Source: a virus (taxonomy: Duplodnaviria > Caudoviricetes). From it: 64,000 nucleotides of DNA. The notes beneath the pieces are model-generated. The model was not told where the DNA came from and ran no database searches. It worked only from the letters and a program-made list of their open reading frames with translations. The DNA is taken from IMG/VR virus record IMGVR_UViG_3300021399_000117, positions 67,566-131,565 of that record; one strand, written 5' to 3'. Numbering within the stretch: the first letter of the stretch is position 1; each line of letters begins with the position of its first letter. The position numbers and the translations under genes are program-made. Shown here one piece after another: positions 18,740-27,668 of the stretch.

Positions 18740-18804
18740 TATAATAAAAGATCTCCTGGATACCTTATAAAGTATTCAGGAGATGTTTTTGATGCGTTTA
18801 AATC
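18740..18804 (+). repeat. Family B intergenic palindromic element
   Basis: TATAA-N5-GATCT, hairpin ATCTCCTGGATAC/GTATTCAGGAGAT, then GCGTTTAAATC; related to 40702-40769 and 61104-61172. Confidence 0.5.
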
Positions 18805-18811
18805 AAAGATT

Positions 18812-19225
18812 TTAGGATACGTAGTGTTCGTATGCATCCACACATAGTTGCTCTGCTTCGGCATCTTTGCGATCCTCGCGGTAGAATCCTATGCGTAATT
18901 CGGGGTTGGCACCTACATCCTCGGATACTTCTATATACATACCCAGATTATTGAACATGAGTGTGAAGTATTCTTCAGAAGACAGATCCATGGTAACCTG
19001 CGAACGATTCTTTCGATGTATCGATTCAAATTCATTTTCGATATCGTAAAACAAGTCTTCAGAATAAACGTAGTTGACACAAACACCATCGTTACGACTT
19101 ACCTCTTTGACACGACTCTTCTTGACATACTCTTTGATGGTGTCAATAACCTTATAGAGCAAGTCTTTGTCGTTCATAGAAGCCTCGTTCAAGGATTCGT
19201 TTATGCATTCTGTAAGTGATTTCAT
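18812..19225 (-). CDS. Hypothetical protein with leader (MKSLTECINESLNEA)
   Basis: ORF plus leader. Confidence 0.75.
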   Translation of the reverse strand: MKSLTECINESLNEASMNDKDLLYKVIDTIKEYVKKSRVKEVSRNDGVCVNYVYSEDLFYDIENEFESIHRKNRSQVTMDLSSEEYFTLMFNNLGMYIEVSEDVGANPELRIGFYREDRKDAEAEQLCVDAYEHYVS

Positions 19226-19243
19226 GTTATGATATTTATTTAG

Positions 19244-19846
19244 TTATTTAGTAGGAACAGGCTTGAACTCAATTGGGTTAGCCATACGGCAGTAGTACGA
19301 TCCTAGCACATCAGGGAGGGCTCGAGTCTCAAATCCTACGAACAAGCAGTTCCAGATTTTGGCTACTCGGATCTTCCAAGCATCGGCATCAGCCTTACGT
19401 TGGTCAGAAACGAAATCTGTTCCTTTGCGACGACAGAAACAATTGTACACCGAACTCAAATAGAAATCCGGTTCAGGATTGTCTTCCAACGAAAGAGTGA
19501 TCTTGTGAACGTATGTATTGAAACCTGAATAATCAATGGTCTCTGTGTACGTACCCCAGCCAGATATAGTATAGGTGATGGTAGAGGTAATGCCACCAGC
19601 ACCGTTTTGTTTTTCAGTACGGACTTTGTTGCCCCAGATTAGCTTGAGTGATTCAGGGAAATTACCTGACCAGAATGCCTTGACAGCATCGCGTGCTTTT
19701 TCTTTGGTGATGCCTAGTTCGGCTTGACGTGCATCCAGGCGCTTGAGGAACTTCTTGGTCTCTTCGGTGCGCCAGTCATTACCTTGCACCTCAAAATCAG
19801 AGGATAGTTTTTCGGTTATTCGTTTTGCTTCGTTTATACTTTGCAT
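19244..19846 (-). CDS. Hypothetical protein with short leader (MQSINEA)
   Basis: 200-aa ORF in the minus-strand late operon. Confidence 0.75.
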   Translation of the reverse strand: MQSINEAKRITEKLSSDFEVQGNDWRTEETKKFLKRLDARQAELGITKEKARDAVKAFWSGNFPESLKLIWGNKVRTEKQNGAGGITSTITYTISGWGTYTETIDYSGFNTYVHKITLSLEDNPEPDFYLSSVYNCFCRRKGTDFVSDQRKADADAWKIRVAKIWNCLFVGFETRALPDVLGSYYCRMANPIEFKPVPTK

Positions 19847-19864
19847 ACACGGAGTTGGTTTTTT

Positions 19865-20404
19865 TTAGAGTAGGTCTTCGAAAGAAGCCATCAGCGCGCG
19901 GACATATGTCTTGTATGGACTCTTCAGATTACGGATTGCGTCCACAATCTTATCGTACTGTGGTGAATTCATGAGAGCGCGGAACTTCCTTTCCATCTCA
20001 TCATCCCACATATCTTGTGCTTCTGTCTCGGCGTTATCTGCTAGATCATCAGGATCGTCTCCGTTTTCTACTGCAATCTGGAATACCTTCCAAGGGTTCC
20101 AAGCATCATCAGGTAGTTTATCACAGAGCTTGCGAAGAACGTCCTCATCGTGTCCTTCGACAACCAGGCTTTCGTTCAAACATTCTTGTAATGATTTCAT
20201 AGTATGTCTTTCTATGTTTATTGATTCTTCAAAATGTTCCTTGAGACCTTTGGTTTTCGCAAAGTCCTCTAGTTGTTTGTCAGTCATATCGGAATTGACG
20301 ATTTTCATCACTTCATCATCTACCTCTGACTTGTTCATATCGCCTTTGCGTACGGCGAGTGCCATAGCGAACAAGGCGCGTTGTGCTTTTGATTTTGCTG
20401 GCAT
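19865..20404 (-). CDS. DUF3008-like domain fused to an internal leader and an acidic domain
   Basis: MPAKSKAQRA..AMALAVRKG...MTDKQLEDFAKTKGL resembles DUF3008; internal MKSLQECLNES at 20200. Confidence 0.65.
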   Translation of the reverse strand: MPAKSKAQRALFAMALAVRKGDMNKSEVDDEVMKIVNSDMTDKQLEDFAKTKGLKEHFEESINIERHTMKSLQECLNESLVVEGHDEDVLRKLCDKLPDDAWNPWKVFQIAVENGDDPDDLADNAETEAQDMWDDEMERKFRALMNSPQYDKIVDAIRNLKSPYKTYVRALMASFEDLL

Positions 20405-20420
20405 GATATAACTAATTGAT

Positions 20421-21218
20421 TTACAAGGTGTTCGGCTGGAAGAAGTAGTCACATGCACGATTCCGTTCCGCCCATTCTTTTATTTCATCAAAATCTTTAT
20501 CTGCTTGGTCCGATAGGTTGCTATAGTTAATAGTTACCCCACCTGGCAGTTTGAACTCGAACATACCGTAAATGGTGTTCAGTGCTCGTTTGACAAACAC
20601 CACTACTAATCTGAAGAAGTAGTAGTTGTTATACAAGTCCTGAATGCGACAGCGTACCATACAATCAATCAAGATATCTGACCAACCGAGGTCACCCATG
20701 ATGTTGAGTTTGCTGGAGTACATGTTAAAGCTGTACGTCAGTGGTGGGTTGAGCATCTGGTTGAAAGTATCCACTTCGTACATGCTGGCCATAACGTCCG
20801 TAAGGGTGTATCCCGCCATACCGGTAGTACCGTTGAATCCGCCTCCGACTGTACCGGTGCCTCCGAACATACTGTACGTAGAGAGCATCATACGTTCGAG
20901 AGAGAAGTCGCCCATGGCACCGTATTTCATGTGTTCTTGGATTTTGAAACAGCCATGCACCCCCATAATCTGGGGCGGGAGCTGGACCATCTTATTGAGT
21001 TTGTTACCGACACAGATATCAGAGTTCTTGATCACGTACATACGCTCTTCACAAGCCATGTCTACGTTCTCCCAGAACCACTGAGCCGCCTGAAGAATGT
21101 ACTCCGGTATGCGCTCTGCAGGCACAGCAAACGGGAGGGCACAGCTCTGTGTGACCTCTTTCTGTACTCTCAAGATGAACTGATGGTCTATATTATCTTC
21201 AAATTCTGGTGTCCACAT
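20421..21218 (-). CDS. Neck/head-completion protein (T4 gp13-like)
   Basis: C-terminal FKLPGGVTINY motif; N-terminal helical AQWFWE; ATG at 21218. Confidence 0.7.
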   Translation of the reverse strand: MWTPEFEDNIDHQFILRVQKEVTQSCALPFAVPAERIPEYILQAAQWFWENVDMACEERMYVIKNSDICVGNKLNKMVQLPPQIMGVHGCFKIQEHMKYGAMGDFSLERMMLSTYSMFGGTGTVGGGFNGTTGMAGYTLTDVMASMYEVDTFNQMLNPPLTYSFNMYSSKLNIMGDLGWSDILIDCMVRCRIQDLYNNYYFFRLVVVFVKRALNTIYGMFEFKLPGGVTINYSNLSDQADKDFDEIKEWAERNRACDYFFQPNTL

Positions 21219-21234
21219 ATACCTTGTCAACAGG

Positions 21235-21987
21235 TTAATTTTGTGTGATGAAAGAATATATATGATTATTTAGCTTGTTCCAATAATATTTAGCAAGTTT
21301 CTTCTGCTTGTTTGTCATTTTTGGATTATCATTTAACGCAGACATATATATGCTCTTATAAATTTTGTAATCATCGTAGTAACCTAATTTCTTATAGATA
21401 TCTTTTACATCATACCTACCTTTAAGGTTTCTAACATATCTTTGAATGTTGTTCAAAAAACCTTCAACTTCGTCCTTGTCCAAATAATAACTGTAAAATT
21501 CGTCCGAGTCTGATTGCTTATCTAGATTTTTTTTGAACTTTTGTAAATATGCATTTACTCCATTATTTTTGTACTTTTGCCAATCTTGATATGCATGCTG
21601 CAATTCGTGTTGCAATGTTTCGGCTATTTCATATTCGTCAAAAAAACCAGGCTCAATATAATCATAATTCAACACTATATCAATCCAGTTAAATGTTTTA
21701 TCTTCATCATTCCATTTACTGATTATATAATCATCATCATCTTTTGATCCAACATAATACATCCCTTTGTAATTAACCTTATCAGATACTATTATCGTTA
21801 TCTGTTTGAAAAATAATTGGGGAATACTATTAAACGGACTTTCATCTAAGTCGAGGTAATAGTCACCATCACTTACATCTATTTCATCTATATGTTTTTT
21901 TATTTCATCTACTAAAATATCGACTACTTTTTCAGCCTGCTTAAACATACCAGTAGATTCAATCAAAACTTCATATAATGTTTTCAT
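21235..21987 (-). CDS. Zincin-like metallopeptidase with leader
   Basis: HELQHAYQD (HExxH) plus downstream YYLDKDEVEGF; leader MKTLYEVLIES; visibly AT-rich. Confidence 0.7.
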   Translation of the reverse strand: MKTLYEVLIESTGMFKQAEKVVDILVDEIKKHIDEIDVSDGDYYLDLDESPFNSIPQLFFKQITIIVSDKVNYKGMYYVGSKDDDDYIISKWNDEDKTFNWIDIVLNYDYIEPGFFDEYEIAETLQHELQHAYQDWQKYKNNGVNAYLQKFKKNLDKQSDSDEFYSYYLDKDEVEGFLNNIQRYVRNLKGRYDVKDIYKKLGYYDDYKIYKSIYMSALNDNPKMTNKQKKLAKYYWNKLNNHIYSFITQN

Positions 21988-22001
21988 ATATTATATATTA
22001 C

Positions 22002-22367
22002 TTATATTTTGATGGGCCATTTAATTTTACCATATATGCCGTCAACGTACACTTCTTCACCGCTCTCGATAACTTGACCCTTCTCGTATATAAATTGTTT
22101 GGCAATCAATCTTTTGCGTTTGATTCCGTATATATAATAGCCTACTACAGGATATACTACATTACCGAAATTGAGAAAGATGTCACCAACATCCAATTTA
22201 TTACCAAATGCATCTACATCGCGTTTTGTGGTGCGTTCTTCCGCAGACTTTGGAGCAATTTGTTTCATAGTTCGGACCAGTTCAGCTATTGTTTTTATGG
22301 CGTCCGTTTCAGCACCATTCATGATGTCTTCTGGATTACCTAATATCGATTCCGTCAAGCTCTTCAT
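22002..22367 (-). CDS. Hypothetical protein with leader (MKSLTESILG)
   Basis: ORF plus leader; DAFGNKLDVGD SH3-like motif. Confidence 0.7.
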   Translation of the reverse strand: MKSLTESILGNPEDIMNGAETDAIKTIAELVRTMKQIAPKSAEERTTKRDVDAFGNKLDVGDIFLNFGNVVYPVVGYYIYGIKRKRLIAKQFIYEKGQVIESGEEVYVDGIYGKIKWPIKI

Positions 22368-22373
22368 AACTTA

Positions 22374-22685
22374 TTACCATTTATATCCAAGGTATGCTCC
22401 GACAGCAGTCAGTACCATGCGTGAAGTGAGTAATGAACCCAGTGTAGAACGGGTATCTATGCCTAAAGCCTTGCAAACAGCCTCCATGATAGACTTACCA
22501 GCAGTACCACCTATGACTCCGCCAACGATGCTAGACAACAGTCCCTCATCTATGAGTTCAGCAACTGGCTTGCCTTCTGCCTGAGCTTTTTGTGATACTT
22601 CAATAATATAGTCTTTAAGAGTATTGGTATGCTCTTTAATCATGTTCTGATATTGAACGTCTTGGATTTCTTGAATAGAGTTCAT
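22374..22685 (-). CDS. Glycine-zipper membrane protein
   Basis: LIDE-GLLSSIVGGVIGGTAG...LTAVGAYLG; TTATTAT at 22707-22713 (minus). Confidence 0.7.
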   Translation of the reverse strand: MNSIQEIQDVQYQNMIKEHTNTLKDYIIEVSQKAQAEGKPVAELIDEGLLSSIVGGVIGGTAGKSIMEAVCKALGIDTRSTLGSLLTSRMVLTAVGAYLGYKW

Positions 22686-22748
22686 ATATATATTCTATTT
22701 TTATATATAATAATATGTCTGAACTATATCATAGAACAAAAAGTCTGA

Positions 22749-23315
22749 TCAACGGAACACAAAAACAGCATTCCCTTTATCGTCGAACTCCGGCTTTCTG
22801 TTGAACTTGTTAGCCAAGCGCTTTGCCCATTGTGTGTCACTGGTGGCGCCTACTTGAATAATCCGTGGTTTAGTATCCAAAGGATCATATTTGAACTTCA
22901 TTATGGATGGAATTACAGCCGCGTTTTTAAGATCATCAGGTTTGGCGATCTCGCCATTCTTTTTGTAATATGTTCTCCAATAACCATAGACCTCCACAGA
23001 ATAGAATAGTCTATTTGCATGACGGTCAGACAAGGAACTGGTCACATACAGCTCGTATTTGATAGGAGCCTCTTCAACACATTTCTTACCAAGATATGTA
23101 TTGAACCATTTGACTATTTCTATCCACTCATCATCATGTGGTAACAAGTCGTGCTTTTTGATAGCGTCTTTTATATTACGTTTGACTCGAGGTGCGCTAT
23201 ATTCTTCACGCAGACCTTTTTTCAAAGGTCCCCATATCGATAAAAACATTTCTGCAGATTTATCGGCTTTGTCCATGATGTCACTATCTAATATGGATTC
23301 GTATAAGGTTTTCAT
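22749..23315 (-). CDS. Hypothetical protein with leader (MKTLYESILD)
   Basis: Own TTATTAT at 23322-23328 (minus). Confidence 0.75.
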   Translation of the reverse strand: MKTLYESILDSDIMDKADKSAEMFLSIWGPLKKGLREEYSAPRVKRNIKDAIKKHDLLPHDDEWIEIVKWFNTYLGKKCVEEAPIKYELYVTSSLSDRHANRLFYSVEVYGYWRTYYKKNGEIAKPDDLKNAAVIPSIMKFKYDPLDTKPRIIQVGATSDTQWAKRLANKFNRKPEFDDKGNAVFVFR

Positions 23316-23410
23316 GTATATATAATAATGTGATCAAACTCCGACATTAAAAAAGACCCAATCAAACGATCGAGTCTTTCGTATGGTATTTTGCTAGGTT
23401 ACTTATCGGG

Positions 23411-23845
23411 TTAATCTAATTGATAAGGATTTACATAGTAATAAATATAATTCTTAGTCGTTTTTCCTGGTTTTAATGATAGGGCATCTTCCAATTTCTT
23501 TATCCATTTTTCGTCGATATAATCTGATATAGGCACCGCCAATACATTTCCAGTCCGGTTTGTTTGAAAAATATAAACATCTGTGGTCCCTCCATTATCG
23601 ACACCTCCATCAACATCTTTTACATATTCATATCTCGCTTTATAACGCGAGTTAGCTAGTCTCCAATATGCGCCATTTATTGCAATACCCAATATATCCA
23701 TATATCGGTCCAACTTCTCTAAATTTTTCTCAGAACCACCTGCGAATAATATGTCAGATAGCTCCATTTTTATTCCAGCCTTGTCCTTTACTGAAATAGC
23801 TTCATTTGTCAGACTTTCTATAAGTACTTCACTTAAATTTTTCAT
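23411..23845 (-). CDS. Hypothetical protein with leader (MKNLSEVLIESLTNEA)
   Basis: ATG at 23845. Confidence 0.75.
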   Translation of the reverse strand: MKNLSEVLIESLTNEAISVKDKAGIKMELSDILFAGGSEKNLEKLDRYMDILGIAINGAYWRLANSRYKARYEYVKDVDGGVDNGGTTDVYIFQTNRTGNVLAVPISDYIDEKWIKKLEDALSLKPGKTTKNYIYYYVNPYQLD

Positions 23846-23861
23846 ATTTTGTTTTTTTTTT

Positions 23862-25118
23862 TCAATCTTCTGCTGTCTGCAAGTCTTGTGCCATTTGTGA
23901 AAGGATGGCAAGTTTGGTTGGGTCGTTTTTGAACTTCTCTGTCAAGTTTGCGATACGATCTCTGATACCTTGGAGTTTTGCCTCTTTGAGTTCGTTTGCG
24001 ATACGTTGTTTGTCTTCTTCAGATACTTGTTCGATAACTGCTTTCACTTGTTCGTTGAAGTTTTCTGATAGGCTTACTCGAGTGCTCTTCTTGATAGATT
24101 CCAAGACCTCTACTACGTTTGAACTGTATGTCCATAGACCTGAATGATTACTCTTGAGTAGGGTTGCAAACATGTTGGTACCTTCGTTTACTACGAGGAA
24201 CTTGTCACCGCGTGTTTCGTAGATACCAGTATTATCCATTTTGGCGATACGATCGAAGTTTTCGCAAGTCAATGCGATGGCCTCGAGTACCTGTGCCATC
24301 TGATTACGGAAACGTGGATTGGCAGTCATGAGCATGAGACGGTTATGATCGCGGAACTGCTCTACTGTCATCTCTTTCTCTTCCTGACCTGTTAGCTTAA
24401 CCAGTTTACCAGCTTCGTTGATCTGATATTCAGTCCCGTTATAGTGGATAGTGAGAGACTCACTGGTTGCGTCGAATGCACAGATGTCTGATTCGAGCAA
24501 TGATGATACAGTACGGAACGTGTTGGATACTTCGTTCCAGTTTCCTTCTGCGATAGTCTTGTCTGCTGTGATCTTGATAACACGACCAGCTGCTTCGAAG
24601 AGGTAGCCATCACCACAACTCTCTACCAATGAGATAGGACGTACTACTGTGTAATCAGCTGCAGCCTCTACCATAGGCATGTCATGGTATACTTGTTTTG
24701 CTACATTACGGAACTCAGTCACGTACATGACGTTCTTGAGCGCGCCGGCTTTGATATACTTGTTAACAGTCTCTTCATCATTCTCCAAAAGCTTCTCTAC
24801 CTGAGCGATAGCTGACTGACTGAGATAGTTGTAAGAAGTCTGTCCGTGTCGGAGATTCTCACATACGGATGCTAGAGCCCAGGATGTCTTGTTGCTCTGG
24901 ATGTAATCAGCTACTTTCTCGAGTACTGCATTGACGCCATTGTCGTAACGATACTGTTGACCTTCTGTTATGAATCGGTTCACCAAACCACAAGTCGACT
25001 CATTAGCCATGAGGTATGACTTGAACTTATTTAGGAACTCTGATCCGGTTTGTGTTTGAGCCATAGACTCACTAACGATGGAGTTGAACTCCAAATCTGC
25101 TAATAGTTTATTGACCAT
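23862..25118 (-). CDS. Probable prohead core/internal structural protein
   Basis: Many hydrophobic-x-E sites (VSES, ITEG, MVEA, LVES, LFEA, LLES, INEA, VNEG, VLES); TTATTAT at 25145-25151. Confidence 0.5.
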   Translation of the reverse strand: MVNKLLADLEFNSIVSESMAQTQTGSEFLNKFKSYLMANESTCGLVNRFITEGQQYRYDNGVNAVLEKVADYIQSNKTSWALASVCENLRHGQTSYNYLSQSAIAQVEKLLENDEETVNKYIKAGALKNVMYVTEFRNVAKQVYHDMPMVEAAADYTVVRPISLVESCGDGYLFEAAGRVIKITADKTIAEGNWNEVSNTFRTVSSLLESDICAFDATSESLTIHYNGTEYQINEAGKLVKLTGQEEKEMTVEQFRDHNRLMLMTANPRFRNQMAQVLEAIALTCENFDRIAKMDNTGIYETRGDKFLVVNEGTNMFATLLKSNHSGLWTYSSNVVEVLESIKKSTRVSLSENFNEQVKAVIEQVSEEDKQRIANELKEAKLQGIRDRIANLTEKFKNDPTKLAILSQMAQDLQTAED

Positions 25119-25191
25119 ATAGTATTTTTGGTATATTTAACTATATAATAAAAAACAGCCCCATTCGAATTGAATGAGGCTAGATTTTTTG

Positions 25192-27666
25192 TTATTTGTA
25201 CTTGATGATGAAGTTGATCGCGAGATACGGTGGCATGTTTGAGTGTGCTTTGTCTCCACCGGTAACAGTTTCAGTATCTGTTTCAGAACCATTATTGTAT
25301 GATGTTCTCCACGCTCTATCGCCCGATGAATCTGATCCTGCGCGCACTCCACCAACCCAAGGACCATCTGAGTTGGTATTTGAAAAAAGCATCTTATGTT
25401 TGTGTTTAGGCATAGTTTGCTCATTCAATTTAACCTCAGGATCACCACCTTGAGCACCCAATGTGGTATCTGCTAGGATTTGTTTACTAGGATCAGATGA
25501 ATCCCATCCATTTTTCAGTGATCCTGCTGCCGCACCCAATGGGAATTTTTGTCGAAGGTCCGGTAATTTCCAGTAATCGATCGAGAAAGCACCAGACCCC
25601 TCATTACCAAATCCCCATTTGCCTCTGATTACTTGTAAAAGTGGTAATAACTTATCATATTCGTCTTTAGTGAAATCTTTTCCGCCGATACGTATTGGAT
25701 CTGGGAATAGAGTTTCAATTAGTTCTTTAATTGCAGACGACGTATCTGGAGTTATTAACGAACGTAGCCATATTGGATTACAATTGGACGGATCTACATA
25801 TATCCGCGATCCATCACACAACAACCACCCATCCGGTATATTTGCTTCATCAGTCTCCATACTTCCTGCCCACATAACAACAGTTCCAATAGGACAACCT
25901 AAATAGACATTAGGAACACCATTCACTGTTGCAGTGGCTGTATTACCAACCTTCAAAGAATCTGTTACAGTAGCTATACCATTGATGGTTGCTGCACCAT
26001 TGATGGTTGTTGTACCTAATGATGTATCTCTCGTCACAGTTAACGTTCCTGCTATAGACACGGCTGAATCTGATCCTGCATTCTTACCAAATATATTCAG
26101 ATTTCTGCAAGATATGTCGATATCCTGATTTCGTGCAACAATATGATCAGTATTTATTTTGCCTACCTCGAGATATGACGTTCCAGGCATGTATACCATG
26201 GAGTTCGCACTGAAGCGAACCAATGAATTGGATCCAACTGAATCATTAAAAATATTGTTCGTACCAATACCTATTCTGACGCCATTTGCATGGTTATGGT
26301 GACCAGCAAAAATGACACTATCATAATCGAATACTAATGGTACCGGATTGTTTTGATCGGTGTATATATAGTCGTCATATACACTGAGTCTGCTTCCGTC
26401 TCTGACACCTATCTCTATCTCCTCCAACTTATTAGCAGCACCATCAATCCCGGCATACATGAGCATCGGCGACATATGAAGTTCTGAAAATATTGATTCA
26501 GAACCCCGTGCAGACGCGTGCCAGATGGCATGAACCGGAGCTTTGTTGTACGAACTGCCAGGTCTTGGAGGTACGATAGGTATGAAAAGACCTTTTAACG
26601 CTTTATTCGTACGGATACTAGCAAAAGTAGCTGCCAACCAATTAAGATTCAAATTGGTCTGGATTCTATTTTCATTTGTGCAAGATACCGAGAACGACCC
26701 ATCATCTCCCTTCACTATCTTTCCGAAATATGAGGTAGGAGTTTCGTCGTCGTTGATTTCAGTTGGTTCAAACGCAATACATTTAGCATCAGCGAAATCT
26801 GCAGGCGCTGGGTGCTCAGGCCCGAGCTCAGCCCAGCCACCATTAGAGTCCATGTATCTTGTCACCATTTTTCTCTCCGCTGTAGATGGTGCATCTGAAA
26901 TCGCATCACCCAGTTCGACAATATAGAATGTTGCGTTTTGGCCAGGATCACCTTTTGGGCCTTGTGCTATGAGACCTGTGTTCTGTCCACCTATTCTCCA
27001 ACAGAACGCCTGAAGATCCGTGTCAAAATACAAGGTAGGCGCATTCTGAATGACTACGAATTTTTTGGTTGGTGTTTTGACCCCGGTATCCGGATCCACT
27101 TTCTCATATGCCTGGAGATGTACCATACACGAACAATCATATAACGAGCTATAAATCTCATCATAATTGTCCATTTCGATCACAAATCTACGATCCTTGA
27201 ACACATAGTCATTGGTAGCCCCAATAGTATACTGATTGCTAGGATTTATAGGGTCGTACACATATATTTCGTTGAACAGGTCGCTAGGTACGATACTGTC
27301 GATCAGACTGATGTTGTTGACGGATTTTAGTGCGTCAATCGTATCTAACCAGGCCTTTACAGTCTCTATATTCTGGTGCTCATCGTCATCAGCATCGTAT
27401 ACATACTGTTGGTCGGTTATCTCTTTGATGATAACATTCAATACATCGATACCTTCTTTGGTGAAGTATGTTCTATTGTCATTGGAGTATGTGATATGTA
27501 CTTCGTTGTGTCCGATGCTCCAACCCTGATCACCTTTGACAAAGTCTTGATTACCAAGTATTTTGAAATTGGCATCGATCTGTTCAAACACGTTTTTGAT
27601 ACCTGCGCCATAACCGGTCTGACTTAACTCCGGTGCTTTTATGTCGTTAATCAAACTGTTTCCCAT
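25192..27666 (-). CDS. Tail fibre protein with tail-collar domain
   Basis: PIGTVVMWAG..PDGWLLCDG, LPDLRQKFPLG, HKH, NMPPYLAINFIIK; short collagen-like GPKGDPG; ATG at 27666. Confidence 0.8.
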   Translation of the reverse strand: MGNSLINDIKAPELSQTGYGAGIKNVFEQIDANFKILGNQDFVKGDQGWSIGHNEVHITYSNDNRTYFTKEGIDVLNVIIKEITDQQYVYDADDDEHQNIETVKAWLDTIDALKSVNNISLIDSIVPSDLFNEIYVYDPINPSNQYTIGATNDYVFKDRRFVIEMDNYDEIYSSLYDCSCMVHLQAYEKVDPDTGVKTPTKKFVVIQNAPTLYFDTDLQAFCWRIGGQNTGLIAQGPKGDPGQNATFYIVELGDAISDAPSTAERKMVTRYMDSNGGWAELGPEHPAPADFADAKCIAFEPTEINDDETPTSYFGKIVKGDDGSFSVSCTNENRIQTNLNLNWLAATFASIRTNKALKGLFIPIVPPRPGSSYNKAPVHAIWHASARGSESIFSELHMSPMLMYAGIDGAANKLEEIEIGVRDGSRLSVYDDYIYTDQNNPVPLVFDYDSVIFAGHHNHANGVRIGIGTNNIFNDSVGSNSLVRFSANSMVYMPGTSYLEVGKINTDHIVARNQDIDISCRNLNIFGKNAGSDSAVSIAGTLTVTRDTSLGTTTINGAATINGIATVTDSLKVGNTATATVNGVPNVYLGCPIGTVVMWAGSMETDEANIPDGWLLCDGSRIYVDPSNCNPIWLRSLITPDTSSAIKELIETLFPDPIRIGGKDFTKDEYDKLLPLLQVIRGKWGFGNEGSGAFSIDYWKLPDLRQKFPLGAAAGSLKNGWDSSDPSKQILADTTLGAQGGDPEVKLNEQTMPKHKHKMLFSNTNSDGPWVGGVRAGSDSSGDRAWRTSYNNGSETDTETVTGGDKAHSNMPPYLAINFIIKYK

Positions 27667-27668
27667 AA

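Noticed and set aside
25192-27666. Diversity-generating retroelement or invertase targeting the fibre genes
   Set aside because: No reverse transcriptase, template repeat or recombinase is visible in the window.
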